From contig MU057887.1 of assembly GCA_013265495.1 (NCBI GenBank), forward strand, positions 1,377,985 through 1,441,984: a stretch of DNA of 64,000 nt, given 5' to 3'. The DNA is from Vicugna vicugna (lineage: Eukaryota). A program made the position numbers and the translations under genes. This document shows, piece after piece, positions 1 to 11,775 of this stretch (its first letter is position 1; every line of letters starts with the position of its first letter). Under the pieces are notes generated by a model that did not search any database, was not told where the DNA came from, and saw only the letters and a list, made by a program, of their open reading frames with translations.

Positions 1-1652
1 GAAATTCTTTCCTTTGATTCCAGGTTGGTTTATCTGTTTTCGTGCAGCAGGAGCCTGTCAGAAAGAGCCTGGGGCGCCTGACCTCAGCCGTTTCCCTGAG
101 TTAGTTACTTAAAATTGACAGTTCCCGTCCGGACTCGACACCCCGTTTAGAAGGTGGCAGAGGACACACCTGCACGGCAGAGTGGATGCTCTGGGCGTGG
201 AGTGAGCAGGTGGAAGGAGGACGCTGAGGTAAGGCTGGGATACGCACTTGCGGCCCGAGACTCCGGGGCACACCTGCTCCCCTTTGGTGGGTCTCGCTCT
301 TGTGAGTTTCCCTTTGGACCGAGGTGGGAGCTGGTCCGGGGGGTCAGGGCTGAATGGTCCTCCGGCAGAAACCCTCACTGCTGGGGACCGAGAGCCAAAG
401 AAGGGACCCAGGGCCACGGGGAGGGCCTGAACCTCGTAAGGGAAAAGAGGAAAGGCCAGAAATAGAAACCGAGGCCTGGCAAGGGGGCCCGGGAAGGAGC
501 GAACAAAGGCCGGAGGCGGGGAGGCGGGGGAGGAGAGGCTGCGGGACCGTGGGGCCGGGAGCCCGGACCCTTGGCAAACAGAAACCAGAAAGAAGAGAAG
601 CAGCTTGGAAAGAACCGCCTGAAACAAAAGCCCCGGGCCGGTGCCCCAGCCCCCCTTTCCCACGGGGCGCCCCTCAGGAGGCGGGGCCCGCTCCTCCGGG
701 GCCCTGCTCCAAAGCCACCACAGCCCCAGCGTGTGACTGCTCTTCTGCCCAAGTTCTGGGGGGCTTTTTATGACTTTGCTTTTGGAGCAAAACCCTCCCG
801 GTTTGGCGTCGGCCCTGACGTTTCAGCCGTCGTCAGGCGTACCGGAAGTCGTCCACAAACTGCTGTCAAATGTGATCGTCTGAAATACGAGAAGTGAGGA
901 CACAGACACCACGTTACGTGGACATTTACTTAGACAAGAGTATTCTTTCATTTTTTTTCTGAGTCTGGAGCCGACAGACACCCTGTGTTGGTTTCCGGCA
1001 TGTCTGCCGGCCCCATGTCGGTGGGCCTGCCTGCCTACAGCACCAGGACTTCTGGTCACCTTTGAGGTCAGCCTCCTGCAGGTCAGCCACTGTGCTGCAC
1101 GTGACAGAGGGTGCCGACCACGCCCAGGGGGCTGTGGCCACCTAGACACCAAAACCACATGCCAGCGACATGTTTGCCTGAAGATGCAGGGCGCCTTTGA
1201 CTTGGGGGGCAGGCACCCATGGAAGCCATGTGGGACAGAGTGGCCAAGGTCCCACAGAGGAGCCCTCAGTTTGGAGGCTGTGCCCACACGGTGGCTTTCT
1301 GAGCACAGGGCCTGTGGGCGCAAGGCGGGGGCCTAATATTCCAAGCAGGCAGGGGCTTGCTTGTGAACGGGAGCAGCAAGTGCCAACCCCCGTGAGCCCT
1401 CACGACTAGCCTGGAGAGGGTCCCTCGTTAGCCGTTTTACCGAACATGGTGGAGCTGGAAACCGGGTACCAACATGTGGGCAATAACTTCAAAACGGTGG
1501 GGCTCCAAGTGGCCCAAACCTCAAAACCGGTTTTAGAATCAAATAACGCTGCCGCCTTGCAGTTGGGTCCAGGGGGCCGACTGGAGCCACGTCCCCCACC
1601 TCCCGTCTTGCTAGCTCCCGGGAAAGGGGGCAACGCTCTGAGATCAGGAGCA

Positions 1653-1838
1653 GATTGCAGATACTAACTGTACACAAATTGAGCAACAAGCTTCTACTGC
1701 ACAGCACAGGGAACCACATTCGGTATCTCGTAGTTACCTATAATGAAACATACGAAAACGAACAGATGTATGTCTGTGTGGGACTGAAACACTGTGCTGT
1801 ACACCAGAAACTGACACAACACTACAAACTGTATTTCA
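1653..1838 (+). mobile_element. LINE-1 3'-UTR fragment (young lineage-specific type)
   Basis: gcagatactaact...ctactgcacagcacagggaac...gctgtacaccagaaactgacacaac matches the L1 3' ends at 27220-27430 and 58280-58480. Confidence 0.8.
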
Positions 1839-4029
1839 GAGCCAGGAGCAGGGCCGCCAGCACACACACGGGCTCCGGGGATCACAGCCCCCTTGCTACT
1901 TTATCAAAGCTGGTCTCCAAGGGAAATTCAGGAAGAGGACAGAAGCTGGGAAATGCCTGCAGATCAGGACGAGCAAGCCCTGGGCCAGGAGGCTTATGGG
2001 GGCGGGGGGAGGAGGTGACATTAAGAGCACGGGCTACTGGCAAACCCTGTGGGTCCCGCTGACCAGCCTTGCCGCCTCAGGCAGGCTTCTCAGCCCTTCT
2101 GCCGTAGGCTCCTCGCCTGCGGGAAGGGGGTGACAGTGGTACCCAGCTCCCAGGGTCCTTGTGAGAAGGAAGCGAGCCTGACAGGAAACGAGAAGGAACC
2201 AGCACAAAGCCCGCATGTTGCTGCAGTGTGGCGCACGCTGAGGTCTGAGATGAGCTGGGCAGAGCCCAGCAGGTGTTTCACGGGGTACCAGTCTCCCTAA
2301 ACAGAGCGTCCTCTGAGAGGACATCGTCTGCACCCAGTGCACATGTCTGAGCCCAAGAGTTTACCGGGCGGCTGGAGCAGGGCCAGGTGGGTGGGGCAGC
2401 TGACACCCCACGCCACTCGGAATGCCCGGGATGGCCGCCCTCTGCAACTTTACCCCTCCCACCCCCCACCAGGCCAAAGAGCCCTCCTCTGGGAGCACAG
2501 GAGGCCCCTGGCCGACGTCACGGGGCCACAGGCAGGGAGCAGCGGGCACTCGTGTCTTGTCTGCAAGGAACAACCAGCTCGCTGACCTCTGGGAGCCTGG
2601 GTGTTGGGACACAGGATGAAAAGCCCCCGAGGAGCTTCAGACCAGCAGGTGGTCAGGGACGGACAGAGCTGGGCCTCAGCATGCGCTCAGAAGCCCTGGG
2701 GCCTGAAGCCCGGAAACCCCGGCCACGGATCCCATGCAGTCACTGAAAGGTTTCAAAAGGACAGCCATCTGCTTTGGAGACTTTAACACAAATAATCTGA
2801 CAGCCAGGACAAAAATAAGGATCAGGAAATCTGGCGTGCGTTCCCACCCCAACCCACGCGCTAGCGTGGAGGACAGGGTTCGGGTGAGATCCGAGCCACG
2901 ATGTACAAAACGCCCATGCTACCCGAGTGCCCTCACCAGGACCCTTTCGGGGCAGTCGAGGTGGACGGCAGCCTGATCCTGCAAGCAGGGCTGTCAGAGG
3001 CTGCAGGCAGCAGACACGCAGGCTGTGACCAGACCGTCCAGCCGGAGCTGGAAGGCCGGGGTCGCCCGGCCTGGGTCAGCGGGGCTTCCTCAAGGGAGCA
3101 GGAGCAGGAGTCAGGCAGACCGGCAGCAGGAGGCGAGGAAACGGCCTTCGAGAGGCGGGGCAGGTCCAGAGAATCACGAGGTGAGGGTGGCCAGGTCACA
3201 GGGCGCAAGGTGCCAGGACCAGGGGTCACCAGGGGTCAGGGCACAGGGCGTCCCCATGTGCCCTATTGAGAAGTTTGGGTTTCACTCCAGATGGCCGGCA
3301 GGCCTGGCAGATGGTCGACAGGGAACCACCTGACTCAGGCTGAGAGCAGATGGCACCACGGCTGCCAGGACCAGGAGTCACCCGGGGGCGAGGACGGGGG
3401 CCCGGGAAGGAGGGAAGTGGCCGGACACGGGAGACCGGAGGTGGAGGGACTCCCAGGACCTGACTGAGAAGAGCGGGAGAGAGGGCAGGGGGCTGCCTGG
3501 ACGTGCTCACGCCAGCACCGCACGGGGCCTGTCGACTGGGCTGCACCCCTCACCTGCTCAGGGGCGGGCCTCCCAGGGGAGGAGCCTGCCCCACCCGGCC
3601 CTGAGGAGCCCCGTTCTCCAAGGGCCTCTCGAGGGAGCCTCTGGGTTCTGGGGGACGCAGAACGCAGCCTTCCCCCCGGAGACTGTGCTCCCCTAATAAT
3701 GGGCCCCCTACACAACGATCAAACATAAAAACACCCTATTCTCCGAAGTTAAACTTGATAGAGATCTCTTCAATGGAAATGATACGTTTTTAAAAATTGA
3801 ATTAAATCTAGATTCTCCTGGAGAAAAAGATGCAAAAATAGAAGAATGGCTGAGGCACAGTCCGCCTGCATCCTCAGGCGATGGACGAAGGACCCAGGCT
3901 AAAGGGGTCCGACAGCCGCCCGTGGTACCCAGCTGACAGGTGGCACGGCAGGAGGCTACGCTGAGTCTGATCCCCAGGCCTGCTGGTCCCCTGCCCTCCA
4001 CGCTGGCAGGTGAGCGGGACCAGAACAGC

Positions 4030-4181
4030 CCAGTGGCTTTATGGGCGTGCGCCCCACGTGGGCAAACAGAGCCCCATGTCTGGCTTAATGCTCTGCTACT
4101 GCCAACTGGAAATTCTTAACTTTTGAACAAGGGCCCCATCCTCAATTTGCATGGGGCCCTAAAATTAAGTAGCCGGTCCTG
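4030..4181 (+). mobile_element. MER45A-like hAT DNA transposon relic
   Basis: ggctttatgggcgtgcg...ttaatgctctgct...gaaattcttaacttttgaacaagggcccc...tagccggtcctg resembles the MER45A consensus as recalled. Confidence 0.65.
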
Positions 4182-4276
4182 CAGCCGGCTCTGGCCAGGG
4201 CTACTCAGCTCCCGGACGGCCCAGCGGACGGGCTTTGCTGTTACCTGGAGGGACGGGGTGTGTGGGGACCACTCAC

Positions 4277-4499
4277 GCGAGGGCGACGGTGAAGTGAAAG
4301 CGTTGTCTCAGGCCGCGGAAGGTGACGAAGGACTGTGGCGGGAAGCTCCTGGTGGTCACCTCGCAGTACGGCCTCTCGAACTCGCCGGGGGGGCACACGC
4401 AGTGGAAGCCGCCGATGAGCAGGTTCACGCAGGTGCCCCCGTTCTTGCACACGCCGTGGGCGCAGCGGCCGGAGCGCACATTCACCTCACAGTGCTCGC
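4277..4499 (-). CDS. CELSR1: CELSR1 coding exon (exon 3 by homology): EGF-like 3 and start of laminin G-like domain 1
   Basis: Translation (G)EHCEVNVRSGRCAHGVCKNGGTCVNLLIGGFHCVCPPGEFERPYCEVTTRSFPPQSFVTFRGLRQRFHFTVAL(A). Acceptor cgtcccccag|GCGAG at 4499, donor CTCGC|gtgagt at 4277; 223 nt. Phase 1 joins the upstream exon in frame (ACC G|GC GAG = T-G-E). Confidence 0.97.
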
Positions 4500-5699
4500 C
4501 TGGGGGACGAGAGCGGGGCGGGGTTCACACAGCGGCCCTGGGATGGGGTGGCGGGGGAGGGGCACACCCACGCCGAGGCCACCAACACCACTGCAGAACC
4601 AGCAGCTCAACCCAAACCCGGGAGCACGTGGGGCCTCTGGGAACCACACCGGAGTCGGCTGCAACCAGATGCGTGCTGTTCCCGCCAGAACAAGGGCACC
4701 CGGTGCCTGGTGGGCATCTGAGGCTGGCCGGGCAGCAGGGTCCCAGTAAGCACCCCCAGGGGGTCCTCAGCCTAACGCATCAGGTGACTGAGTCACTCCG
4801 ACCCTGTCCCTGTCCTGGGCCTGCCCAGCGGTCCCCCTACTCAAGGGGCAGAGGACGGTGCATCAGTGAACACTTCTTAGCATCCAACTCCGTTCTGAAC
4901 ACCCACTGGCTGAGCCCGGCTCTCTTTCGAGAGAATTACCTAGAAATACTGAGGTTGAGAGGGCCCCGTGCCCCTCCCCACGCCCACATCCACGCCAGTG
5001 CGGCGCTGGGCTCCTCGGGCCGGGACCAGCCCTGCTTAGGCCCAGGGCCTCCTGCGCCCACCTGCCCTGCTGCCCCCCACGCAGCCCCCACCGCCCGGCC
5101 AGCACCAGAGTCCAGTTCGTTTTTAGTCAGGTCTGTCTCTCCCACCAGCCTCGGAGCTCACCAAGGACAGGCCAGTGCCCTCCCTGTAGCCCAGTCCCTC
5201 AGAGACAGGAGGGTTCTGGAAGCTTCCTCGTAGAAACTGACCAGGCAGTCCAAGCTGACTGCTTCTGCCCCCAGGCCCATTAGACCCAGAGTGCTCACCA
5301 ACAGAAAGGCCACCGCGTCAGCCAGGAGCGGTCCAGCCAGGCAATCCTCGCTCCCTAGGACATGGTCCCGCCCTGCCCCTGCCACGGGGTGGACATCTCT
5401 GAGCCCTCACAGGCCCACAGACCGACAGGAGCCTCTAACAACCAGAAAGTCCTCAGACCCCACTGTTATTGGTTTTCAAATGAATGCATTTAAAAATAAA
5501 GGTATTACATTCACATCCTAAAAAAAACCACCCCACAAACAGTGTGGCATTAAAAATGTCTTCAGCCGTTTCTTGCAGAAAAAACCAAGAGAACTGGATG
5601 CCCTGCCCATGCCGTCCGGCACGTCGGCTCACCGCTGCACCTCGGAGAACCCCCGTCAGCCCTGGGAGCTCTTCCTCCTCTTCCCACGGCCACACAGCA

Positions 5700-6270
5700 C
5701 ACCTTGAGAGGACCCCGTGGGCTTCCTGTTCCCTCACTGACGGACGTGTCGGCTGCCTGCAGCTCGCTTTACTGCAGATAACTTTCTGGTATACATCCTC
5801 CTTGGCGGGCTTTAAGGATACCTCTCTCGAGAAAATTCCTACCAGCGATGAATCCAAGGCACACACAGCTTTTCATTTTGATAGCTGTTTCCAAACCGCC
5901 CTACCCAAAAGGATGAAGAGACTCGCCCGTCCTCGCTGACAGGAAGCGTGATCAATCTGTACAATTATGTGCACTCCTGACAAATGAATCTCAAAGGTGT
6001 TTTATTTGCGTTCACTTCTGATGAGGCCCGACACCTGTTTGAGTTTTATTGGCAACGGCCGCTTCCTCTCTCTGAACGGCCTGATCACTTTTTCTATCAG
6101 ATGGTTGGTCTTGTTCTCTGTGTGTTATACACGCTCCCCGTAAATTAAGGAATTAACTGTTCTCTGCCATTTCTGGGATAACGCCCTCCTGGCTCCAGTT
6201 TAACTTTTGACTTATTTATGCATTTGCAGTCACATAAAAATGTTATGTCTGCACAGGGTCGTACTTAATT
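5700..6270 (-). mobile_element. Ancient L1 (L1ME-like) fragment
   Basis: Degenerate T-rich antisense L1 motifs (ttttgatagctgtttccaaaccgccct; tttctatcagatggttggtcttgttc). Confidence 0.5.
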
Positions 6271-6497
6271 TCTCCTTTGTGAGGCTAGTGCTCTCGGATT
6301 ATTAAAAGGTTGGTATGAAGAGATAGGAAACTTGGAGCTCTGGAGACATCCGGCACCAGGACCCTCGGTGCACGGCGAGGTGTGCCTTCAAATGGCAGCG
6401 TCGTCCCCAAACCCAGAAGTCACTGGGATCCCCAGAGGGGTTCACCGGATGCCCTTTGGTGCCTTTTCAACATGGACCCATGTGGATACGTCACTGC

Positions 6498-6853
6498 TGC
6501 CTTGGTCTGCTCAAGCTGCCATAACAAAGTACCATGAGCTGGGGGTTGAAACAACAGAAGTGTGTCCCGCGGAGTTCAGGCCAGGTGCCAGCACAGCCGG
6601 GCCGGCAGAGGGCCCTCCTCGGCTTGCAGGCGGCCGCCTCACCGTGGCCTCCCACGGCGCTTCCTCGGAGTATGTGCACAGAGAGACAGAGATCTCCGCT
6701 GTCTCTTCTCACGAGGACACTAATCCTCTTGGAGCAGGGCCCACACTCATCGTTTGTCTGAATTACTTCCCTCTGGGCCCCATCTCCAGACACAGATCCA
6801 CTGGCGGTTAGGGCTGTCGCCTATTAATCTGGGGGACATGATTCAGACCACAG
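6498..6853 (-). mobile_element. MaLR solo LTR (MLT1A/MST-like)
   Basis: gctgccataacaaagtaccat...gaaacaacagaa...gaggacactaatcct...ctgggggacatgattcagaccacagc are typical MaLR LTR motifs. Confidence 0.75.
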
Positions 6854-8004
6854 CCTGCATGTACGAGACAACTGGGAATTTGAGCAAACTGAACAGTGAT
6901 ATAAAAATTTATCATCAGTTTTTAAAAAGAAAACTTGGATGCTGCTGTCAGTGGGAGCTGTGGAGCACGACCCCCCAGGACCCAGGCTCTGGGGTGCTGG
7001 GTGATGACGGCTCACAGCTGACGCTCTGCATTCACATACCCCCCAGAAATCCCACACCCAAAGCTACACACCCTTGCTGGGGCAGCCCACGGCTGGCGAC
7101 GGGTCAGTATGGAGATGCAGAGACCGGGCCCTTCGGCCAGCGCAGCCCTCTCTGCGCGGCATCTCCAGGGCTGAGGCCTGGGGCAGCCGAGACCCTGCTG
7201 CCACCGCACCGGAGCCCAGTCCCTCCTCTGGGCAGCCCCGCGTGCCCCTGCGCCAGGCCCCCGCCCAGGCATGGCTCCTTGAGAAAGCAGATCTCGGGGC
7301 CTCAGACCCCGTGGGTTTCAGAGAGTGGAACAGTTGATGGGTGTAAGAAAACCCTTTCACTCATCCAAGGGAACGCTTCCAATGAGCTTGTTTTTTAAGG
7401 TACAAGTGAAACTGATCCATAATTAGCATAACAATCATCAGAAACATGCAAGGCTCCTGAAAAATCTGAGACCCCTCTACTTCCTCCAGTATCACCAAGA
7501 ATCTTCACTCCCAGGCTGTGGCACCCGAGAGCACACAGCCTGCTGAGCAAAGGGCACCTGGCCTGCGTCCCTCAAGCCCGGGGCGGGGGCGGGGAAGACG
7601 TGCAGTCGCTGACCTCCTACTGAGCTTCGTCCCTATTTAGGGCACCAGGCCCGTGACCCAGCGTGAGCCCACCCCCAGGGCCGGGCAGGCTCGGGTGGGC
7701 TCTCTGTGCTCCACGCCCCCACCAGGCAGGGCCCAGAGGCAGAGGCCAGAAGGCCCAGCCAGGCCGGCCACCTGTTCTCCCCGGGCGGGCTGCCCCTGCA
7801 GACCTGTGAGCAGAGGCCCCACACCCTGCTCAGAAGTGGGGAAAGGACAGCTGCCCGCGGACCCCTGCGGACCCTCCTCTCCACTCCACCATCGATGGAA
7901 ACCGTCCCATCTCCCAGGCCCGCTCCTGGGTTCCCAGGGTGCCCCGCCGGCCACAGGACGCTGGGCTCCGCCACCCCGCCAGGCAGGCAGTGCGCACTAA
8001 GACA

Positions 8005-8210
8005 CAGGCAGGCACACACAACCTCACACACACGCACGGACACACGTCTGTGCCCCCACACATCCAGTCACACTGCTGATACACTCACCCCCTTCTGTGT
8101 GTTCACACACACACCCTCAAACATACACACTCATATTCGCATGCACCTGCATGCACACCCTCACACACACACACTCACCCATGCTCACCCCCTCACACAC
8201 TCTCACGCTA
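8005..8210. repeat. Degenerate (CA)-rich low-complexity tract
   Basis: cacacaca/cacactca units seen directly. Confidence 0.75.
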
Positions 8211-9089
8211 AGCTGTGCTTCTGGCCCTTCTCCAGGTGGGCGGCCTGCAGCCTTCTTAAATTCTGTGTGCTGATTTTAAGACGCTTAGCTTCAGGTGTAT
8301 TTGTTCTTCATACACTTCAAATTCTCTCATCTCTACTTGGAAAACACATGTGACATCTGGGAGTGTTTGCTTTCCAAGTCCCAACTTGGCAGGTCGGGGG
8401 CCAAGCAGAGTGCGTTCTGAAATAATAAAGCCACCGCGAGAGGACAGGGCGGGCCGTGCTCCCCAAACCGTGACGGCAAACAGAGGGAGGTCCGGCCCGG
8501 CCCTTCCCGCAGCGCTCTGCCCCCAGGGTTCCAGAACCCTGCCGATCTGGGTCGGCCAGGTGGTCAACGTCCACCAGGCCGAAAGCGAAGCCGGGGCCCC
8601 CACTGTGGCCACAGCCACTCCCGAGCTCTGCCTTCCCGTTGTCTGGACATCTGGACCCCCTCCACCTCGACCTAAGGGCTCCACGATGTCCTCTAAAGGG
8701 CCACCTGCTACCTCGGCCCAGACAGAGGAAGGCCCCGCACCCCGAGAGAGCGCGCTTCGTTCAGTTCCCGGAGGTCTGAATTTGGCTTTGCCGACAATAC
8801 TCCTGCCCAAAGGCGGTTCCCAGGGGCCGCAGGGAAGCCTGGTTCCTCAGGCCGCCCCCGTGCGCAGGAGGACGGCAGAGGGGGGCTGAGCTGCCAGAGC
8901 CACGCTGCAGGTCAGCCAGCTGCCTTAACGCACCGCTACCCAGTGGAAAGGGCCTGACGGTGCCCGGGTCCTTCTGTCCCTCTGCTCAAACCATCATGCA
9001 GTTTGAGGTCAGCTGCAAACACAGCTATCTCCATGAAATCGGTGTTGGCCTTAACTGTGAACGTTTTTTTTTCCATTTCCAGCAAGTAG

Positions 9090-9510
9090 TTGTGCTTGTG
9101 TCCTGGGGCTGCTGCGACTGGTACGACAAACCTGGTGGCTTCAAACGACCGAGAGGTACTCTCACAGCCCTGGAGGCCCGAGGTCCAGAATCAAGGGGTC
9201 GCAGGGCCACGCGCCCTGCAGGCTCCAGCGAGGGCCCTCCGGCCTCTCCCAGCTCCTGGGGCGCCCTGCCTGGACTGCGGCTGTTGTCCCTGCCTCTGTC
9301 GTCAGGCGAGCCTCCTCCCTGGGTCTGTCTCCCTCTCCTTTCTCTTACAAGGACACCAACTGCTGGATTTAGGGTGGACCTAAGTCTGATCTAAATCTGA
9401 TCTCATCTCGAGAGTCTTAACTAATTACATCTGGAAAGACCCTATTTCCAAAGGAGGCCACATTCGGAGGTTCTGGACAGGAATTTGGAGGGGACACTAC
9501 TCAAACACAG
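9090..9510 (-). mobile_element. MaLR solo LTR (MLT1B/C-like)
   Basis: ggtggcttcaaac...ctctcacagccctggaggc...tctcttacaaggacacc...aattacatctggaaagaccctatttccaaa...ggggacact. Confidence 0.8.
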
Positions 9511-9537
9511 GAGAGGCCCTCTGTATTTGTCCTAAAA

Positions 9538-9624
9538 ATTTTTTTTAACTGAAGTATAATCAGTTTACAATGTTATGTCAGTTTTCTGGTGTACAGCACA
9601 ATGTCTCAGTCATCCACAGACATG
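9538..9624 (-). mobile_element. Very short 5'-truncated L1 3' end with target-site duplication
   Basis: T-tract followed by aactgaagtataatcagtttacaatgtt...gtacagcaca; direct repeat tttgtcctaaaa at 9526-9537 and 9625-9636. Confidence 0.85.
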
Positions 9625-11387
9625 TTTGTCCTAAAATGTTAACATTGTAAATTTTGGCCTCTGCAAACACAGTGCCCCAGGATGAAGCAGCTCTGACCCT
9701 GCGGGGCCAACTGCCCCGGCTTCCTAGTGACTCACCAGGTCTGGTTTCTCTGCCTTCGGGGGACACTCTTCCCCGGCCTTTTCTCCCTGACCAGTGAGGG
9801 GTAGGGCTCCAGGGTCAGGCCTGGGCCAGCTCCCCACCTCTACAGCCATGCCTCAGGCCTGCTTCCCTGGGCCCCACACCCAACGGTCCAACCACAACCC
9901 CCCTGGTTATCTCCTCCAAAATCCCAGGCCTCAAACCTGTCCCTCCCTCGCCAAGCCTGCTCTCTGGGCCCTCCCGTGGGGGAGGGTCCCACAGCTGTCC
10001 AGGGAGGCGGGCCAAGAGCCCAGGAGCCACCCCTCCCCTTCTCCATCGTCCCCATCAATGCCACCTGCCAGAGTCCAAGTCACTAGCCTCCACCGCCATC
10101 TGCACCCCGGTCTACACCACCCCCTAAATCGGCACAACCACAGCCACCTTCTCCTCTTGGGCTCCTGGAGCCACATCAGCTGCTCACTGCTTTGCAGATC
10201 TTCTTGTTCTCCACAAAACACCTGCGAGAGCTTTCCAGAATGCTGACCTGGCCACGTGCGGCTTAGGACCAACCCCGCTGCTACGTGAAGACCCCCTCTG
10301 CCGCAGGACCTGGCCCTCAGCCACATGCCAGCTCGTCTGCACCACACCTCACACACCGGCCACATGGTCTCCCTGGTTGCAGGACGGCTGGGGGATTCAC
10401 CAGGCCACCTACCCGGTAGGTACAGACCTATGCAAATCACCGCTAACAACAATGACCCAGTGGTGACCATCTTTCTCTAGGCCTGGCGTCCTCTCTCCTG
10501 GCCTCTGCAGGTGGCTTCCCTGTGCCTGGGTGTGACCCCATCTCGGGCACCTCCCCACCCCCTCAGGAGGCTCTACCCACCCACCTGACCAGGTCCAGGG
10601 TGCCCATGACAAACTTCGATGGGCCCAGAATCTCCCCTCTTGAGAGAACGCTCGTCCCAACTCCAGGGGACACCCCCGTTCCTGCACATCGGTCTCCCCA
10701 GGCTCTGGGGCAGGGTCTGCCTGGGGGCCGAGTCTAAGAATATCCAGCACACAGAGGGTGTCTGACGCAGGCCCGGCATGCAGCAGGTACTCGACAAATG
10801 CTTGTCAGATGAAGTCATAAAATGCCAGGATTTCCCCAATTCCAAGCCAATGATTAATGCTAGTGCAAAATCATAAAACCTACATAATTCATGTGTTTGA
10901 TTCAAACAGTGCTGGAAATATGTTGATGCAATGAATGAAGAATTAATTCTACAGTTAAACACACCTTTTAAAAAAAATAAAAGGCAGTGAGAACTCGGAG
11001 CATGCAGGTTTCGGGTGACCTGAGTCGCCCTGGAAAGGTTCTCATCTCCGGGTTCCGGGACCTTCGTTCAGGCCCCTGTGGCACCTTCGCAGGATGCTTT
11101 TCACGGACAATGCTCCAGCGAATTTGTTTAAACTGCACAGTAATCCACTTACGTTTTCCTCAACTGTACCTTCTACGCCCAGCGTGCTGACAGGTCATGA
11201 CAGCCAAGCGTCGCGGGAGAGCCCCGGTACGTGGCGCTGGGCCGCTTCCGTGGTGGACAGACCGCATCACGGCCAACTTGGCATCACTGAACTCCGTGGA
11301 GAGATGTGAGATGATGGATTTTAATTCTTAAAATCACTTTACTTACGTAAATAATTTGGATCAAATTTAGTGAGCCCTACATCTAAC

Positions 11388-11775
11388 TTTTTAAACTGCA
11401 GTACAGTCGACTTACAATGCCGTGTTCATTTCCGCGTACGGCATCGGGTCCAGTTACACACATGCATGTGCTGTTCAGTGCCACACAGTAGGACTTTGTT
11501 CTTTATCTGTTTTACATAAGGTAGTTTCCGCAAATCCTAAATTCCTAGTTTACCCCTCCCCACCCCCTCTTGCCCCCAGTAACCATATGTTTGTTTTCTA
11601 TGCCTGTGATTCTGTTTCTGTTTTGTAAATAAGTTCCTCTGTGTCATTTTTTTAGATTCCACATATAAGTGGTATCGGGGGACATCTGTCTTTCCCTGTC
11701 TGATTTACACGTAGTATAGTCACCTCTAGGTCTATCCATGTTGCTGCAAGTGGCATTATTTCACTCTTTTGTATA
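11388..11775 (-). mobile_element. L1 3' fragment
   Basis: tttagattccacatataagtg...tctaggtctatccatgttgctgcaagtggcattattt is antisense L1 3' sequence. Confidence 0.85.

Larger units (their letters stand above)
1..4276 (-). other. CELSR1: 5' part of the CELSR1 intron following exon 3
   Basis: Donor gtgagt at 4276-4271. The expected LamG1 continuation (FAT..NGLLLYNG-like) was not found in this interval. Confidence 0.8.

Noticed and set aside
1..900. Possible endogenous retrovirus leader/gag
   Set aside because: No primer-binding site, LTR pair or gag/pol motifs were recognisable.
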